A stretch of 63,461 nucleotides of DNA, counting the filler, from Intoshia linei (lineage: Eukaryota; Animalia; Orthonectida), in the NCBI GenBank assembly GCA_001642005.1. It is 8 parts of 8 records of this genome, joined end to end, with 100 filler letters (N's around TTAATTAATTAA, not from the genome) between each part and the next. Parts side by side here need not be neighbours in the genome. Positions count along the whole stretch, not along the records: positions 20,088 to 34,957 come from LWCA01000938.1; positions 35,058 to 36,926 come from LWCA01002473.1; 6 more parts are not named here. One strand, 5' to 3'. Within the stretch, counting starts at the first letter, position 1. Each line of letters starts with the position of its first letter. Below, piece by piece: positions 24,410 to 37,026 of this stretch. The notes beneath the pieces are model-generated. The model worked only from the letters and a program-made list of their open reading frames with translations. It had not been told where the DNA came from and did not search any database. The position numbers and the translations under genes were made by a program.

Positions 24410-25755
24410 ATGATTAATAGAAAATGTTGCAATAAAGAGGTATATTAAATTAACTAATCCAACTAAAAATTTAGTGTTATATAAACACTAATCATTGTGG
24501 ATGGACGCCTCTTCCTTATGTACTGTCACTAGATATATCGGTTATAAACGTTAAAAAGAATGAACTAAATAGATTCGATCATTTAGCCCATGTAACATAT
24601 TTGGAGGATTTAGAAAAGTAAATATAGTATCCTTTCTGAACCTCGTCATGTGAAAGTTGAAAAACATGAGGTTACAAATTAGATAAAATAAGTAGCTTTG
24701 ATCTGATAAAATGTAATTGATGATGAAAGTTACGTGGCGAGGTACAGAGAAAAAAGTATATTTACAATGTAGGATATATATAAGTACACATCGGTTAATC
24801 ATTAACTTAATGTATTTATATTTATATGAAGGATTTTAATATTTGACTGATTAAGGAGATATCCTGAGACAACCAAGTGACTATTTTTGATATTTTAGTT
24901 AAAAATTTCCCACAATAAACGTTTCCCTAATAAACTAAGGTAAAAAATAAAAACTTATTTTTACTATAGTATTATTATTGTAAATAAAATTATGAAATGA
25001 ATACGAAATGATGATTGATAACTAATAATTATCGTTTAATAATTAATATAATTATAAAACTTTTAAGATTGATTCAACATATAAAATCACCGATTGAAAT
25101 TCAAAAAACGAGAATTGTGGATTTAAATTTGTTTAGGGTATCTTTTATGTAGGTTAAATCAACATTGTTGATTTATTTTTTATGTTAATACAATGTATAT
25201 TTTATGTATTTATATATTAAATTTTTAAATAGAATGGAATTTTGCCAAACTTTGAAGATTTAAATAATAAACGTGGTTGCAGAATTTGTATATCTTACCC
25301 TCAAACAAATTTGATCAATACGGCATGGAATGAAACTGTGAGTTTATTTTTTATTCAAGATCATGGTGTTAAGGTCATTTTATTCCATTGTCCCTAGAGT
25401 CAAAAGCCTGGCAACATTGGGTAAAGTGAGTTATGAGATACATTGTATATTTAATTGAATTATTTGTATAATATTTGTAAATTCTAGATAATTATTTTTG
25501 CTTCTGATAGCTTTGAAGAAATTACTGATAATATAAATGGAATTGTGTTGTCTATACGAAAAGAATCGTTTAATATTTGGCTGTGGATGAATAAGACGCC
25601 GACAAACAATGAATTTTCTAGACTCAAGTATTCTTATATTTTTAATTTGATTGTTGTTAACTGATCTATAAAACTTATTATATTAATATAGGGAAAGATT
25701 GGAGTCAATTATGCACCAAGACTCTAAAATTAATTTGGTTCACAATGTATATTAA
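24410..25755 (+). CDS. Divergent eIF4E-family protein (5' exon structure uncertain, possibly disrupted)
   Basis: Exons NGILPNFEDLNNKRGCRICISYPQTNLINTAWNET (~25233-25337) | IIIFASDSFEEITDNINGIVLSIRKESFNIWLW (~25488-25627) | ERLESIM... parallel eIF4E GIEPMWEDEKNKRGGRW...FWLET / [30 protein letters not shown]. Confidence 0.65.
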
Positions 25756-26233
25756 AACTAATGTAAAAATGTCACTAAAAAAAATCAGACATTGAATATA
25801 ATAACAAATATCAATGTTGTTTGTATAATTTAGAGTCGTCACATCTTTTTGTCTAACCAGTATTCTGTTCTCATTTAAATTTTTTGTAAAGTCTAATGTA
25901 ATCATAATATAACTAAATAATTTTATCAATTATTAAAGGTATTATAGACGTTCAACGATACAGACGGGGAAAATTTTTTTAAATTTTAAAAAACAGAAGG
26001 GGTGGGCCGAGTTAAACAATAAAACATGTTTTATTTACATCAATATTTTAATTTACGTTAATTTTTATTTGTATCAGTGATTATTGTAGAATCTACAATG
26101 TAGATTGTTACTGCGTTTCCGTGGTTAATACTGGGTCTGACCTTGTATAGCATGATACTGTTAACATTAATCAGTGAAATATGAAATACGAGTACTCGAA
26201 TGCGAAAATTGAACATTTATTATACAATAAATA

Positions 26234-29200
26234 TTATAAATTTTGCAGAAAATTTTTAAATTGTACAAGTGTGTATTGTTTTGATTTTGATGTACCAGAA
26301 GTATTATTCTTCGCTATATTGTTATACATTTCCTAAAAAAATTAATTTAAATTTTTTTATAAATGTAGAATTTAAATTGTAGATTATGTGTTTCAACTAT
26401 AAAGATTAAGTTATATTTTACAACATTATAATAAATAATAAACAGTACAATATGTATTAAAAATAATGAGCTGGATTAGAATTTTTAAAAAAATATGGAG
26501 ATGTGAAAAAAGTATAGGGAACGTAATTTGCTTTTTATTTAAATTTATAATTATTAATTGTTATTGTTAATTCCTTTACTTATATAATATTCTTTGTTTG
26601 TCTGTGTGTGTTATGGTTTATTTCTATAACCATCAGTCTTAGAATTTTATAAAGTCAACATTTCAATTACAGTTTTTACCAGGGGATATAATAAGATAAA
26701 TTTAATATTATGCACATTTTCTGTCTAATAAATTCCCTCTCCTTTAAATGATTCATAATAGTGAATAGATGGATTGTTAAGTTTGATTTTCAACGTGAAT
26801 TTATTTTTTTGGTAGAATAAACCGTTAATTATTTCACACTTTTTGTTTTAGTAAAATATTTCGACAAAAAAATATATGAATACCAAAATGCTTTTTTAAC
26901 CGTGAAGTCATCACTCATTCAAATTGAAATTTTTTATTTGTGTTAATAGGATACAACTGTAATACCTGTAAATTTTTTGAAATTCTAGGGCTGTTTTCAT
27001 TAAAAAAAGAAGGGTAATTGGGGGTTTTGGCTCCTGAAGATATTTTTTTTAAGTTTAAATTTATGGCAATTTATATGATTTTGAAATCCGTATCAGCGTA
27101 TATATTTTTTTAAATTTTCCAACTCATTTGATTTTTAAAAAGAGGGACAACTGGTGTTTTTGACCTGTAAGATGTGAAATTGGGAGGTTGAAATTAAGTT
27201 TGCGAACACTCCCTGAAAAAACTGTAATTGAAATGTGGACTTTATAAAATTCTAAGACGGGTACTTATTTAAATAAAGCTGGACACACACACACAAACAA
27301 AAATTGCGTAGCATATTATATAAGTTAGGATAATCATTTTAAAATGGTGTCTGTAAATTACATGATTCTTTAAATGTTCAGTTTGAATACCAATTGATTT
27401 TGATTTAGCTACATGCAATTTGAACTTGACGGTATCCGATAATTGAGATAATCTTGAACTGATTGTCCTCTGATCAAGTCTATCTGGAACTAAGCCCAAA
27501 TCACCAAGTTTATAGTGACATATTTTGTCTTTTTTTACCAGTATTTTCGTATCAGGTTGAGTTTGTTTGAGTCTATAATTGATTTTTATTGAGAAAATTT
27601 TAAATTAAAATCGACGATTTGCAATATGGATTCACCTTGACAAGAGTAAAGACATTATACACGAGAAATTAACAACAAATTATTATTATTATTAATATTT
27701 TTGTATTACATATTTTTTGTATGACATACAATTGTTTTTATCTATCCAATACTGTATTTACCTTTAATTCATGAATACATTCGTTTTAATTATGCAGTGT
27801 GATAGGAGGCATTTAGGACAATACAGATATTGCCATTATATATCAATCCTGATTTAATTAGTTACTTAACTAAAAATGTATGCCTGTGTGTTTGACTTTA
27901 ACCTTTTAGTAAAGTAAGAGGCTTAAAGTTATAAAAACACTAATTTCAATACATTTTTCCGCGGGTGAGGTTATGTTGCATATTTCATTTTCAGAAATTG
28001 ACTGCTTTATCGTTAAAAACCCCAATTATCCTTTTTTTTCAAAATCAAACGAGTCCTAGAATTTTACAAAGTATCAATTCTGATACAGATTTTAACATCC
28101 TTTACTTATATATAATGTAATGTCTGTTTTTTTAACCGTTTAATTAAAAAACTGACTGTTCTAGAATTAAAAAACCCTATTTCTAATACATTTTCGATGG
28201 TGATGTGTTATCGCAAATTTGATTTTCAGAAATTGAGTCCTTCAGTTTAAAAAAAATAGAATTTACAATTTTTTTTAACTCTGATTTTTTACGTTTCTAT
28301 CTCCGTAACAACCTTAATTTTGTATAATATCAAATTCAGATAATTTAACCGATTTCAACTTTATTTGTTCTACTCCCTATACCAATGGTTCTCAAAGTTG
28401 TCCACAAGAAAAATTTTAAATGACATGAAGATAACCTTTGTTTAACAATAATAATACATTAGAATTGTATCGATCAATTATTATTAGTATAATAATTATT
28501 AGTGAACGTAAACATGATTTAATCAAAATGAAGTGAAAATTTACTGAATAACGTGAATAATTTTCACATGCCTTAAATTTAATCTATATAAAGATTTAAT
28601 TTACAGTATTGTAGTTCGATTGTAGTTTCTGGAATCGAACCTATCAAGCCCGTCGCCACTTAAAAAATAAAAATTAGCCCATTAAAAAATTTTATAAACG
28701 AATTATGTCATATAACCCTATCCACCTTTCTAAGACTCTTGAATTGACATTTTAAATTTAATACTCAAATTTGTTGATATGTGAGAATTTTTTTAATACT
28801 CAATTTAATTTATTGAAGCCTCCATTTTAAAAAAAAATTTAGTCGAGATTGTTCCACCGAGTGATCTCGCATACGGCACTGTTAATTCGCAATAAGTATG
28901 TTTGAAATTAAGCATTTTTTTAATTACGCCATTGAAACTACTTGTCAAAATTAACGTAAAATTTTCGATTTAAGGAGGAATATATAATAAAAAAATCAAA
29001 ATATTACCTCAGTGACGTATTCAGGATTAATGGGATTTTTTAAAAAAATTATGTAATCCACACACATTTTTTTTGTGTGACAAGTGGTCCATAGTGGAAA
29101 AAGTTTGGAAACCACTACTCTATACCCAACAAAACACCCAACGAGTTAATAATAAAATTAAAAGTTAGAATTTGACAAACATAAAATCTGGCACGCGTCT

Positions 29201-32200
29201 TAAAATCATGAAAATGATTGTAAATCTAAACTTCAAAAACGTAATTTTCATGGTCAAAACCATAAATTACTTTTTTTTTTAAAAAATTAAGACAGTCTTA
29301 AAATATTTAAAAATAAAAATACTGGATAGTTTTTGTTGAAAAAAATCAAATTAACACGCTTTTTCTCTACTAAATATTTAACCCACCTAATTACAATTTA
29401 TTACGTTGATATTTGTTCACTATGGAGTAGTTTGTTGGATAAATCTTCAATATTTATTCCTACATTATGATCATTTGCTTTTTTCAAAATGTAGAGTATA
29501 GTAACCAATAATGCGTTATGTTTTTCTATACTGTCAGCCTCTGGGTCATCTTTATAATCAGATTCAACATCATTATGAGAGTTTGATGACTAGGGTATTT
29601 TTATAAAATGTATATATTAATTAACATATAATACTTAAATACAAGTATAATGTAATGATAATATGTATAATATACATTGTATTATACATTATAGAAATTT
29701 AAAAATTTAATACAGTAATGTAATGTACAAAAAAATATAAATATTGATTACCGAAAAAACAAATTTAAGTTGATTGACTGTAACTTTTAAAATATTGATT
29801 AGATCATTATTTTCATTTTTTTGTAAATTGTTTACCCTTTTCAATTCATTTTGTTGCTTGCGCAACATTTTATTATTTTTTATTACGTCATCTAGTTTTA
29901 TTCTAAATTTTTTAGTTTATGTTTGGAAGACTGATAATATTCTCAATATGCTAAATTAAATACTTTATGTTTGCACAATCTTGCTTTAGGAAATTATTAG
30001 AAATTTCTGTGTTTTTTGTTTGAGAAACATTTTTTTCAATATCGGAAATTACTTTTTGTTGTTGTTTGCATTTTACAGTTAACATGTTGATAATCTAATT
30101 TTTTGAATATCAATTATAAATAGTTGAAGCAAGATTCGCCAACATTTTTGGCAAAATTTCATCTTTTTTTTTAAACAATTTGTCCCACCGACTAGTTTTA
30201 TTGAAAGCTTTTAATTCACTGAAAAAAATTAATAATGTAAAAAATATAAAAACTTGTATGAGTTTGAATTTTGTGAGGGACGTTACACCTGATGAAAATA
30301 AAAGGAAATTATACAGAAGGGGATAAGATGCTTTGAAAAAAGAATTAAATAACTTGGTATATCAAAATAATTAATATAACGAAAGATTGCGGACACCACA
30401 ACTATTACACTATTTCCTGGTTTAATCATTTCACCTTGACGTGCCATTGTTAAAGTCTATCATTGAATTGATCATGAATTGTCATTCTGATTCAAATGTA
30501 GTCAAGTAGCACATCATCAATTTTAAATAGAGATTGATAATATGTTATGGTAAGTGGGTTGATTGGCACAAATTCAATTTAAATTTCTTCAAAAAAAAAC
30601 CATTTTCGGAAATTAAGCAAATATGTTAATTACTTGAATTTCAAGTACCTTTAAGCTACTCATGTTTCTAATAGTTAATTCTTTTTCATTTTCTTCCAAT
30701 ATCCCATTTTCTCTTATGAGTTGTTTACTTTCTCTGATTAAAACGTCATTGGCATCAATTAATTCAATTGCTTTTTCTGATAATTTTGACAATTGTGCAT
30801 TTCCAGCTACATTTTCTCGTATGACTCGTCTAAATATATTCAGTTGTATACAGGACCCTGGATAGTCAGCAGTAGACCCGGTCAGATGGAAATTGTAGGC
30901 CCTATAAAAAAAAATTTAAAAAATTAGGCCTCAATACATTGCATAATCGATCGTTCATTATCTAAAAATTAAAAATAACCGTTCAAATCGCATTGGTTTT
31001 TGAAATGTTGGTATACTTAAGAAATTTTGCAATATTACCTATTAATAAATTAAAAACGTAGGCCCTCATGATCATAGGTCTGACCATAAGGTCCTAGCCC
31101 CTCTCCACGGCCCTGGTTGTATGATAGAAATACGAATACGCAGGACTAAAAAGTATACTTTGTTGTTTCTGCCATTTGTTTATTTGAAGCTTTCTAAAAT
31201 TAATTATTACAGTTGGATACTTTATTAAATATAGGACATGTTTGTTGTTATAAATTGATGTGCGTTTTTTATTTAAATCAGTCATTCTCAACGGGGTCCA
31301 TGAAAATTATATACATTTATTACATATCATAGACATTCAGTAACATAAAGTCGTTTTTAAAACATAAAGGCTCAAAAATATTAATATAAAACGTGAAAAT
31401 CATGTAAAAGTAAATTCTTTGGTATTAAATTAAATTACTTACAAGTGTAAAAACTTATTGAAAAACCTTCAGTGTTCTATTTTAGGAGCAGCGGTTTTAT
31501 TTAATTATTTTATTAAAATTTATGACTGAGCCAAGTTTCTAGTCATAAAATAAGGCTTTAAATTTCAAATTGAAAATGGGACAAAAAATCAGTCAATATT
31601 CATGATTCTATGAAACATCAATTAAGGGATATAAAATATTAATTTTTCACAGGGATGATAGATAATATAAACTTTTTATTGATCAGATAAAATATGTAGT
31701 AAACAATTAATAATGTACTGTAAACAATACCTAAAAAACATGTTCCATTTTGGGAACATTGCGGGGTTAAAGGTTAATATTAATAGTTCATCAAGTTTAT
31801 CACTTCGCAAAAATAGAGTACTCCATTTATTTTGACCATTATTAGTTTCACCGAAATGTAATGATTCATTAAAAATTGTCATTATTATTCATTTTTTTGA
31901 GGTCCACAAGTTTTATGTAATATCATCTTAGGGGTCCACAGCGAAAAAGGATTGAGAATGCCCGATTTAGATCATATACACATTCCGGATTTCAAGCGGA
32001 AAAGTTTATTGACCGTTACTCTACCCCAGTGATTCTCAATAGGTGCGCCAGTGCGCACTAGTAAAATAGTAAAATAAATTTTAATTATATTAATATTTTT
32101 ATAGAAAAAATGTGTATGTCTAAAATTTGGACTCCACATGATCAAATGAGGCAATGCTTCCTAGCAAGTTATGGAAAATTATAAAATCTAGATGTTTAAT

Positions 32201-33877
32201 ATTCCTAGAATTAAAAAAATATTATATTTAATACAGTTCTTTCCAGTAACAATTTACAACAATTTTCTATGTTAAACTTAAGCATTCATTTTCAACATAA
32301 CAAAGTCCAATTATCTTTTTTTTTTGAAAATCAAACGGGTTCGAGAATTTAAAAAAATATACACTCTAATACAGATTGTAAAATCAAAAATATTTTTATA
32401 AATTTAAATTTAAAAAAATAGATCTTCAGGGCTAAAACCACAAATTACCTTTTTTTTTAAATGAAAACAACCCTAGAATTTAAAAAAATTACAGGTGTTA
32501 CAGTTGTATGCTGTTAACACACACAAAAAATATGCTAGTAAAATTCATCCGAAATATGTTTTTAAACTGCTGCTGCCGCTTTCCATTTCTGACTAGAATA
32601 TTTATTATTGTATATATCAGGGTTTCCCAAACTCTTTTGGTCTACTGCCTTTTTTTAGCAATACATCTTTTTAACTCCCCCTATAAAAATTTACTAAGAT
32701 GAATTAATCGCCCACTTCGGAACCCCTGATATATAGTAGTATAAATTTTTAATGTTATACATGGTGCGCGCTGTGGTAAAAAAGTTTGAGAATTACTGCT
32801 CTACGTTATCACATCTGAGAGTACACAAAGTGGGAAAATGTCTTATTTAGAAATACATGTATGTGAGATTAAAATAAAAATTAGTTAATTCATGCTCTGA
32901 ATTCGGCTGCAACTGTATTGACTCTGGATATCATTTCTTTTTTTAATCTATCTTTATCTATGACTTGTTTCCGTTCCAAAGAATATATTGTATCTTTATT
33001 CATTGTTTCGTTCTTTTTTAAGAGAATTTCTAGATTTTGATAATTTTGCATCAATTCTTCTTTTTGGATCTTAAATTCTTCCAATGAGGCTAGTTTTCCA
33101 CCTAAATGTTAATTATTTTCATGTTTATGCATTGTATGTAAGTTAGATTGTCTGTTATGTACTTTGGATAGACAGTATCTAGCTTTACCAAAGGCAGATC
33201 TTTTCATATTAATTTTTATAATTGATTATTAACGAATATACACCATTCATTTTATTCTTAAAATTGAAATGATAAAGTATATTTTGTAAATTTGTAACAT
33301 ATATTATTAACCTAATGTCATATTTTCCGATGTTAACGAGTCTTTAGTTTCCTGAAATTCTGATCGTAAATGCTGTAATTGCCCTTCATATTCTTCTTTT
33401 TCCAAATCTTTATCTAGTTCCAATCCAGTAACTCTATCGTTTAAGTCAATAATTTCATCGCCTATATTAATTAAATTACAAATAAAATTGAAATATATTG
33501 AAAAAGTTAACTTAAAATGTAGTAAATTTTGATAGTAACCTTTTTTTTCCAATGATTTTTTCAAATATAAAACTATTTCTTGTTTATTATTCGTAATTTG
33601 TTCGAAAAGTCCGTTAATTTCTTTATTTAAAACATGCAATTCGTCACATTTTTTTTGATATCTAAATTGAGAATTTACTAACATATTTTGATGTAAATTT
33701 TAATGTTTTTCAATTTTAATGAATAATAGAAATGTACACGTACCTTTCAAGTCTATTTTCTAAATCACTAATTTGTAGTAGATAAAATTCTTTTGGAGTC
33801 TCTTCAACATTTTTATTTGTTTTAATTGTTGTAGTATACTCTTTTTTGCCTTTCTTGTTTTTCTTTTTAGTCGACAT
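26234..33877 (-). CDS. CFAP157: Cilia- and flagella-associated protein 157 (multi-exon)
   Basis: MSTKKRK...[17 protein letters not shown]|YQKKCDEL...[14 protein letters not shown]...DEIIDLN...[20 protein letters not shown]|[15 protein letters not shown]...[21 protein letters not shown]|[12 protein letters not shown]|RVIREN...|[13 protein letters not shown]...[10 protein letters not shown]. The last exon (26332-26234) is inferred. Confidence 0.9.
26572..27330. mobile_element. Two Helitron-family copies tail-to-tail (26572-~26820 +, ~26850-27330 -)
   Basis: Both begin TCCT(T/A)(T/A)ACTTATATAATAT followed by a TG microsatellite; the bodies match the 46785-47725 element. Confidence 0.75.
28383..29117. 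mobile_element. hAT MITE (related partial copy at ~15690-16093)
   Basis: CAATGGTTCTCAAA / TTTGGAAACCACTA ends; TSD CCCTATAC/CTCTATAC; shared block ATATAACCCTATCCACCT...GAGGAATATATAATAAAAA. Confidence 0.75.
30851..31115. mobile_element. hAT-type MITE in a CFAP157 intron
   Basis: CAGGACCCTGGA / TCCACGGCCCTG ends; TSD GTTGTATA/GTTGTATG. Confidence 0.7.
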
Positions 33878-34306
33878 TATTTGTGGTAATTTAATATATA
33901 AGCCTATATAACATAAAATATCTTTCTTTATTTAGTATTCAGTGTTTCAGAGGTAATTTTTCTATTTTGACTACAACTTGGATACAATTAAAAATTAAAT
34001 TAAAAACATAAAATATGGGTAACACATATTGTGTATGGCTTGGTATCATTATATAGCCGGTTTCTTACCCGTGGTGTCGCGAATACGAGACCCATTGATG
34101 CCATCAAAAGTGTTTGTTATCACTATGCGTTACATACTTCATATGCAGTAGTTGGATTGAAATTTTGTAAATTTAAAAATTGCAGTAAACTATTATATAA
34201 ATATTCTCTATTTATAGTCATTTTTGTATTTATATAGTCATGTTTGCATTTAATATGGTCATATTTGAATTTAATATAGTCTTTTTTTAAAATTTAAAAT
34301 TCAATT

Positions 34307-34957
34307 ATGCCAGGAAATACTATTCCTAATAGTCAAAAAAAATTATAGTAAACAAAACCTTAGAAAGATTATCGATTCCTAGAACATCTGTTTTAAACAT
34401 AGTTCACAAATTTTTAAGGTAATATATAAATATTAAATTATAAAAAATAAGGACGGGAAATGCAATCTCTAGCATCGATGTTTCGAGAGTTGATGATGTC
34501 AATTTCTCAAAAAAATATAGTTATTTATTTTTTATATAGTATTATTAGTATAATTAGATCTTTCTTGATGAAGTCGGATTTGCTGTCGTAACTCGACCAA
34601 AAAAAGGAATGTCTTAGATTAGAATATCTCCGTATCTTGGTGTAGCTGCTGCTAGAAGTATATAGTATTGTAATGTTATAATTAATAATTAGGTAGAAAT
34701 ATTTCAGTTTTTGCTGCTATGAATAAGCATGGAATGATTTTTCATAGTATATAATCTATTAAGTATTTGTATAATTGTNATTAGGTAGAAATATTTCAGT
34801 TCTTGTTGCTATGAATAAGCATGGAATGATTTTTTATAGTATATAATCTGTTAAGTATTTGTATAATTGTATGTAGACATTCATAATACGGTGGTATACA
34901 GATAAATGTTTAAGCAAAATCTTATTCTACTTAAACAGAAGTGCTCCTCGATGGGAA
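34307..34957 (+). mobile_element. IS630/Tc1-type transposase pseudogene with four short GT-AG introns
   Basis: LSIPRTSVLNIVHKFLR|TGNA...QKNI|IFLDEVGFAVVTRPKKGMS*...AARS|RNISVFAAMNKHGMIFHN|IHN...; introns 34419-34451, 34520-34557, 34658-34692 and 34839-34876; cut by the gap. Confidence 0.8.
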
Positions 34958-35336
34958 NNNNNNNNNNNNNNNNNNNNNNNNNNNNNNNNNNNNNNNNNNN
35001 NTTAATTAATTAANNNNNNNNNNNNNNNNNNNNNNNNNNNNNNNNNNNNNNNNNNNNATCTAAATTTATTTTGATACGCTTAGTAATATCCATTTTATAA
35101 AAAGCGTGAATTCAGGTAATATTTATAAATAACTTTATGTTCATTTTGATTGATTATTAAAATTTCATTCGGTCCGCGCCTGACCAAACCTTAATATTAT
35201 GATTTACGAATTTATATATAATATCCTTGAGGTAAATGGGAAACATTGCCGGGGTATATTTTTTCTATAAAAAAAAGTGGGACACTCTAATACAGAGTTG
35301 TGCACTGATATAAACATTATTGTGCAATGCACAATA

Positions 35337-35860
35337 TCCAAACTTATATAATATGCTACGCTATTTTTGTTTGTGTGTGTGACTTTATTGAAATAACTAC
35401 CACTCTTAGAATTTTTTAAAGACCACGTTTCAATTACACCCTGTTGTCTCTCTTTTTGAAGAGCAAACGAGTTGGAGAATTTAAAAAAATATATCAATTG
35501 TCCTTCTTTTTGAAATCAAACGAGTTGGAGAATTTAAAAAAAGTATAGTTTTTTTCGGGACATATAATAAGATAAATTTCAACCTCCCAATTTCACATCT
35601 TACGGGTCAAAAACCCCAGTTGTCCCCTTTTTGAAAATCAAACCAGTTAGATAATTTAAAAAAATATATGCGCTGATACGGATTTTAAAATCATAAACAT
35701 TACCATAAATTTAAATTTAAAAAATGTATATCTTCAGGGATAAAACCCCAAATTACCCTTGTTTTTTAAATGAAAAGAGCCCTAGAATTTAATTTAATTT
35801 AATTTGATACATAATGGGTATTTTTAAGTATTTATTAAATTGGTACTGAATATATATTAT
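35337..35860 (+). mobile_element. Helitron-family copy interrupted by a hAT element
   Basis: A|TCCAAACTTATATAATATGCTACG start; colinear with 46785-47250 up to the hAT TIR at 35862. Confidence 0.75.
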
Positions 35861-35861
35861 C

Positions 35862-36926
35862 TAGGGCTCGCAAAAAACCGAAAATTTTAAAACCGATTTT
35901 ATTCGACTATTATTTATATAAAACCGATTAAAAACCGGTTTTCAAAATTTTTAAGGACATAAATCCAAAGGAGACACGAATACAGTACTATTTATTGTCA
36001 CAAAAAACAATCTTAATCTTCTTAATCCTTCACAAATTTAATCAACCTTCAGAACTTGCTGGATGATCCACATCTTTTTGGAAAAGATCTTTTAAGAAAC
36101 ACAATGCATTGAGCGTTTTACCAGACAGACTTGTTCTAATTTTTGTGTTGAATAATCCTGTAATTGAAAAAGCTCTTTTTGACTGGATGCTGGTCGCTTT
36201 GATTGTAAGCAATGCTCTATAAATTTTCTCAAGGCTTTTGCTTCTATTTAAAGTTGCTTCAAAATATTTCAGTTCTTTGGAGATTTCAAATTCACTTGTG
36301 TCTATCTTAGTCTCTTCATTCAATTTCTTAATTGCCTTAGTATATTCTCGCATGAGTTCATTATTGGTATTGGAAATAGATGAGGCAATATTTGTGTCTT
36401 GGCGCAAATTTCCTTTATTTTCAGTTTCTTTACTTAAATCTGTTGTGCTCCGCTCGTTATGTCCAGAAAATAATCTGCTATATACTTGTTCAGCATACTG
36501 CTTTAAAACTTGTTTTGTTGGGAAAACAAAGGTTTTTGAGCTTGACTCATCCTTAAACTTCCTTGGATTGTGTAAATAACGCAAGAGAGTCACCGTTTCA
36601 ACATTTCTTCTCATATTATAACGATGTACAAGGCTTTGATAAAGCTTTAAATTCAAAGGATTGTTCAGAATCCTCAGTTTATTCAAGAGAAATTCTAATG
36701 AGATAAATCTGCATCTTCTCGACAAATTACCTTCAAAATCATTTCTACTGGACGAAGAGTTTCATATAGCAAATCAAGTGTTTTCCATTCATTGTCGGAT
36801 ACAGCTTCTGTTGAAAGTACTGCTTGCATAGCATTTGGAATGGAGTTTTTTAGTTTCAAAAATCGCTCTATTATATAAAACGTGCTATTCCACCTAGTTC
36901 TGCAATCCAGTATAAGTTTATACTCT
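35862..36926 (-). mobile_element. hAT (Ac/ZBED-like) transposon, 3' part with TIR
   Basis: LILDCRTRWNSTFYIIERFLKLK and dimerisation-domain ALLTIKATSIQSKRAFS...RTSLSGKTLNALCFLK; TAGGGCTCG TIR with subterminal AAAACCG repeats. Confidence 0.88.
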
Positions 36927-37026
36927 NNNNNNNNNNNNNNNNNNNNNNNNNNNNNNNNNNNNNNNNNNNNTTAATTAATTAANNNNNNNNNNNNNNNNNN
37001 NNNNNNNNNNNNNNNNNNNNNNNNNN

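Noticed and set aside
27269-27499. CFAP157 C-terminus derived from a Helitron (…[13 protein letters not shown])
   Set aside because: A phase-0 donor (CAT|GTAATT, ~27360) and a compatible terminal exon at 26332-26234 explain it without read-through.
34686-34870. Duplicated exon in the transposase, suggesting mutually exclusive exons
   Set aside because: The junction carries a single 'n' (34779), the same artefact pattern as at 59643 and 62706.
34200-34957. Fanzor/TnpB cargo associated with the IS630-like element
   Set aside because: No RuvC-like or zinc-finger motifs were seen, and the element is cut by a gap, so nothing supports it.
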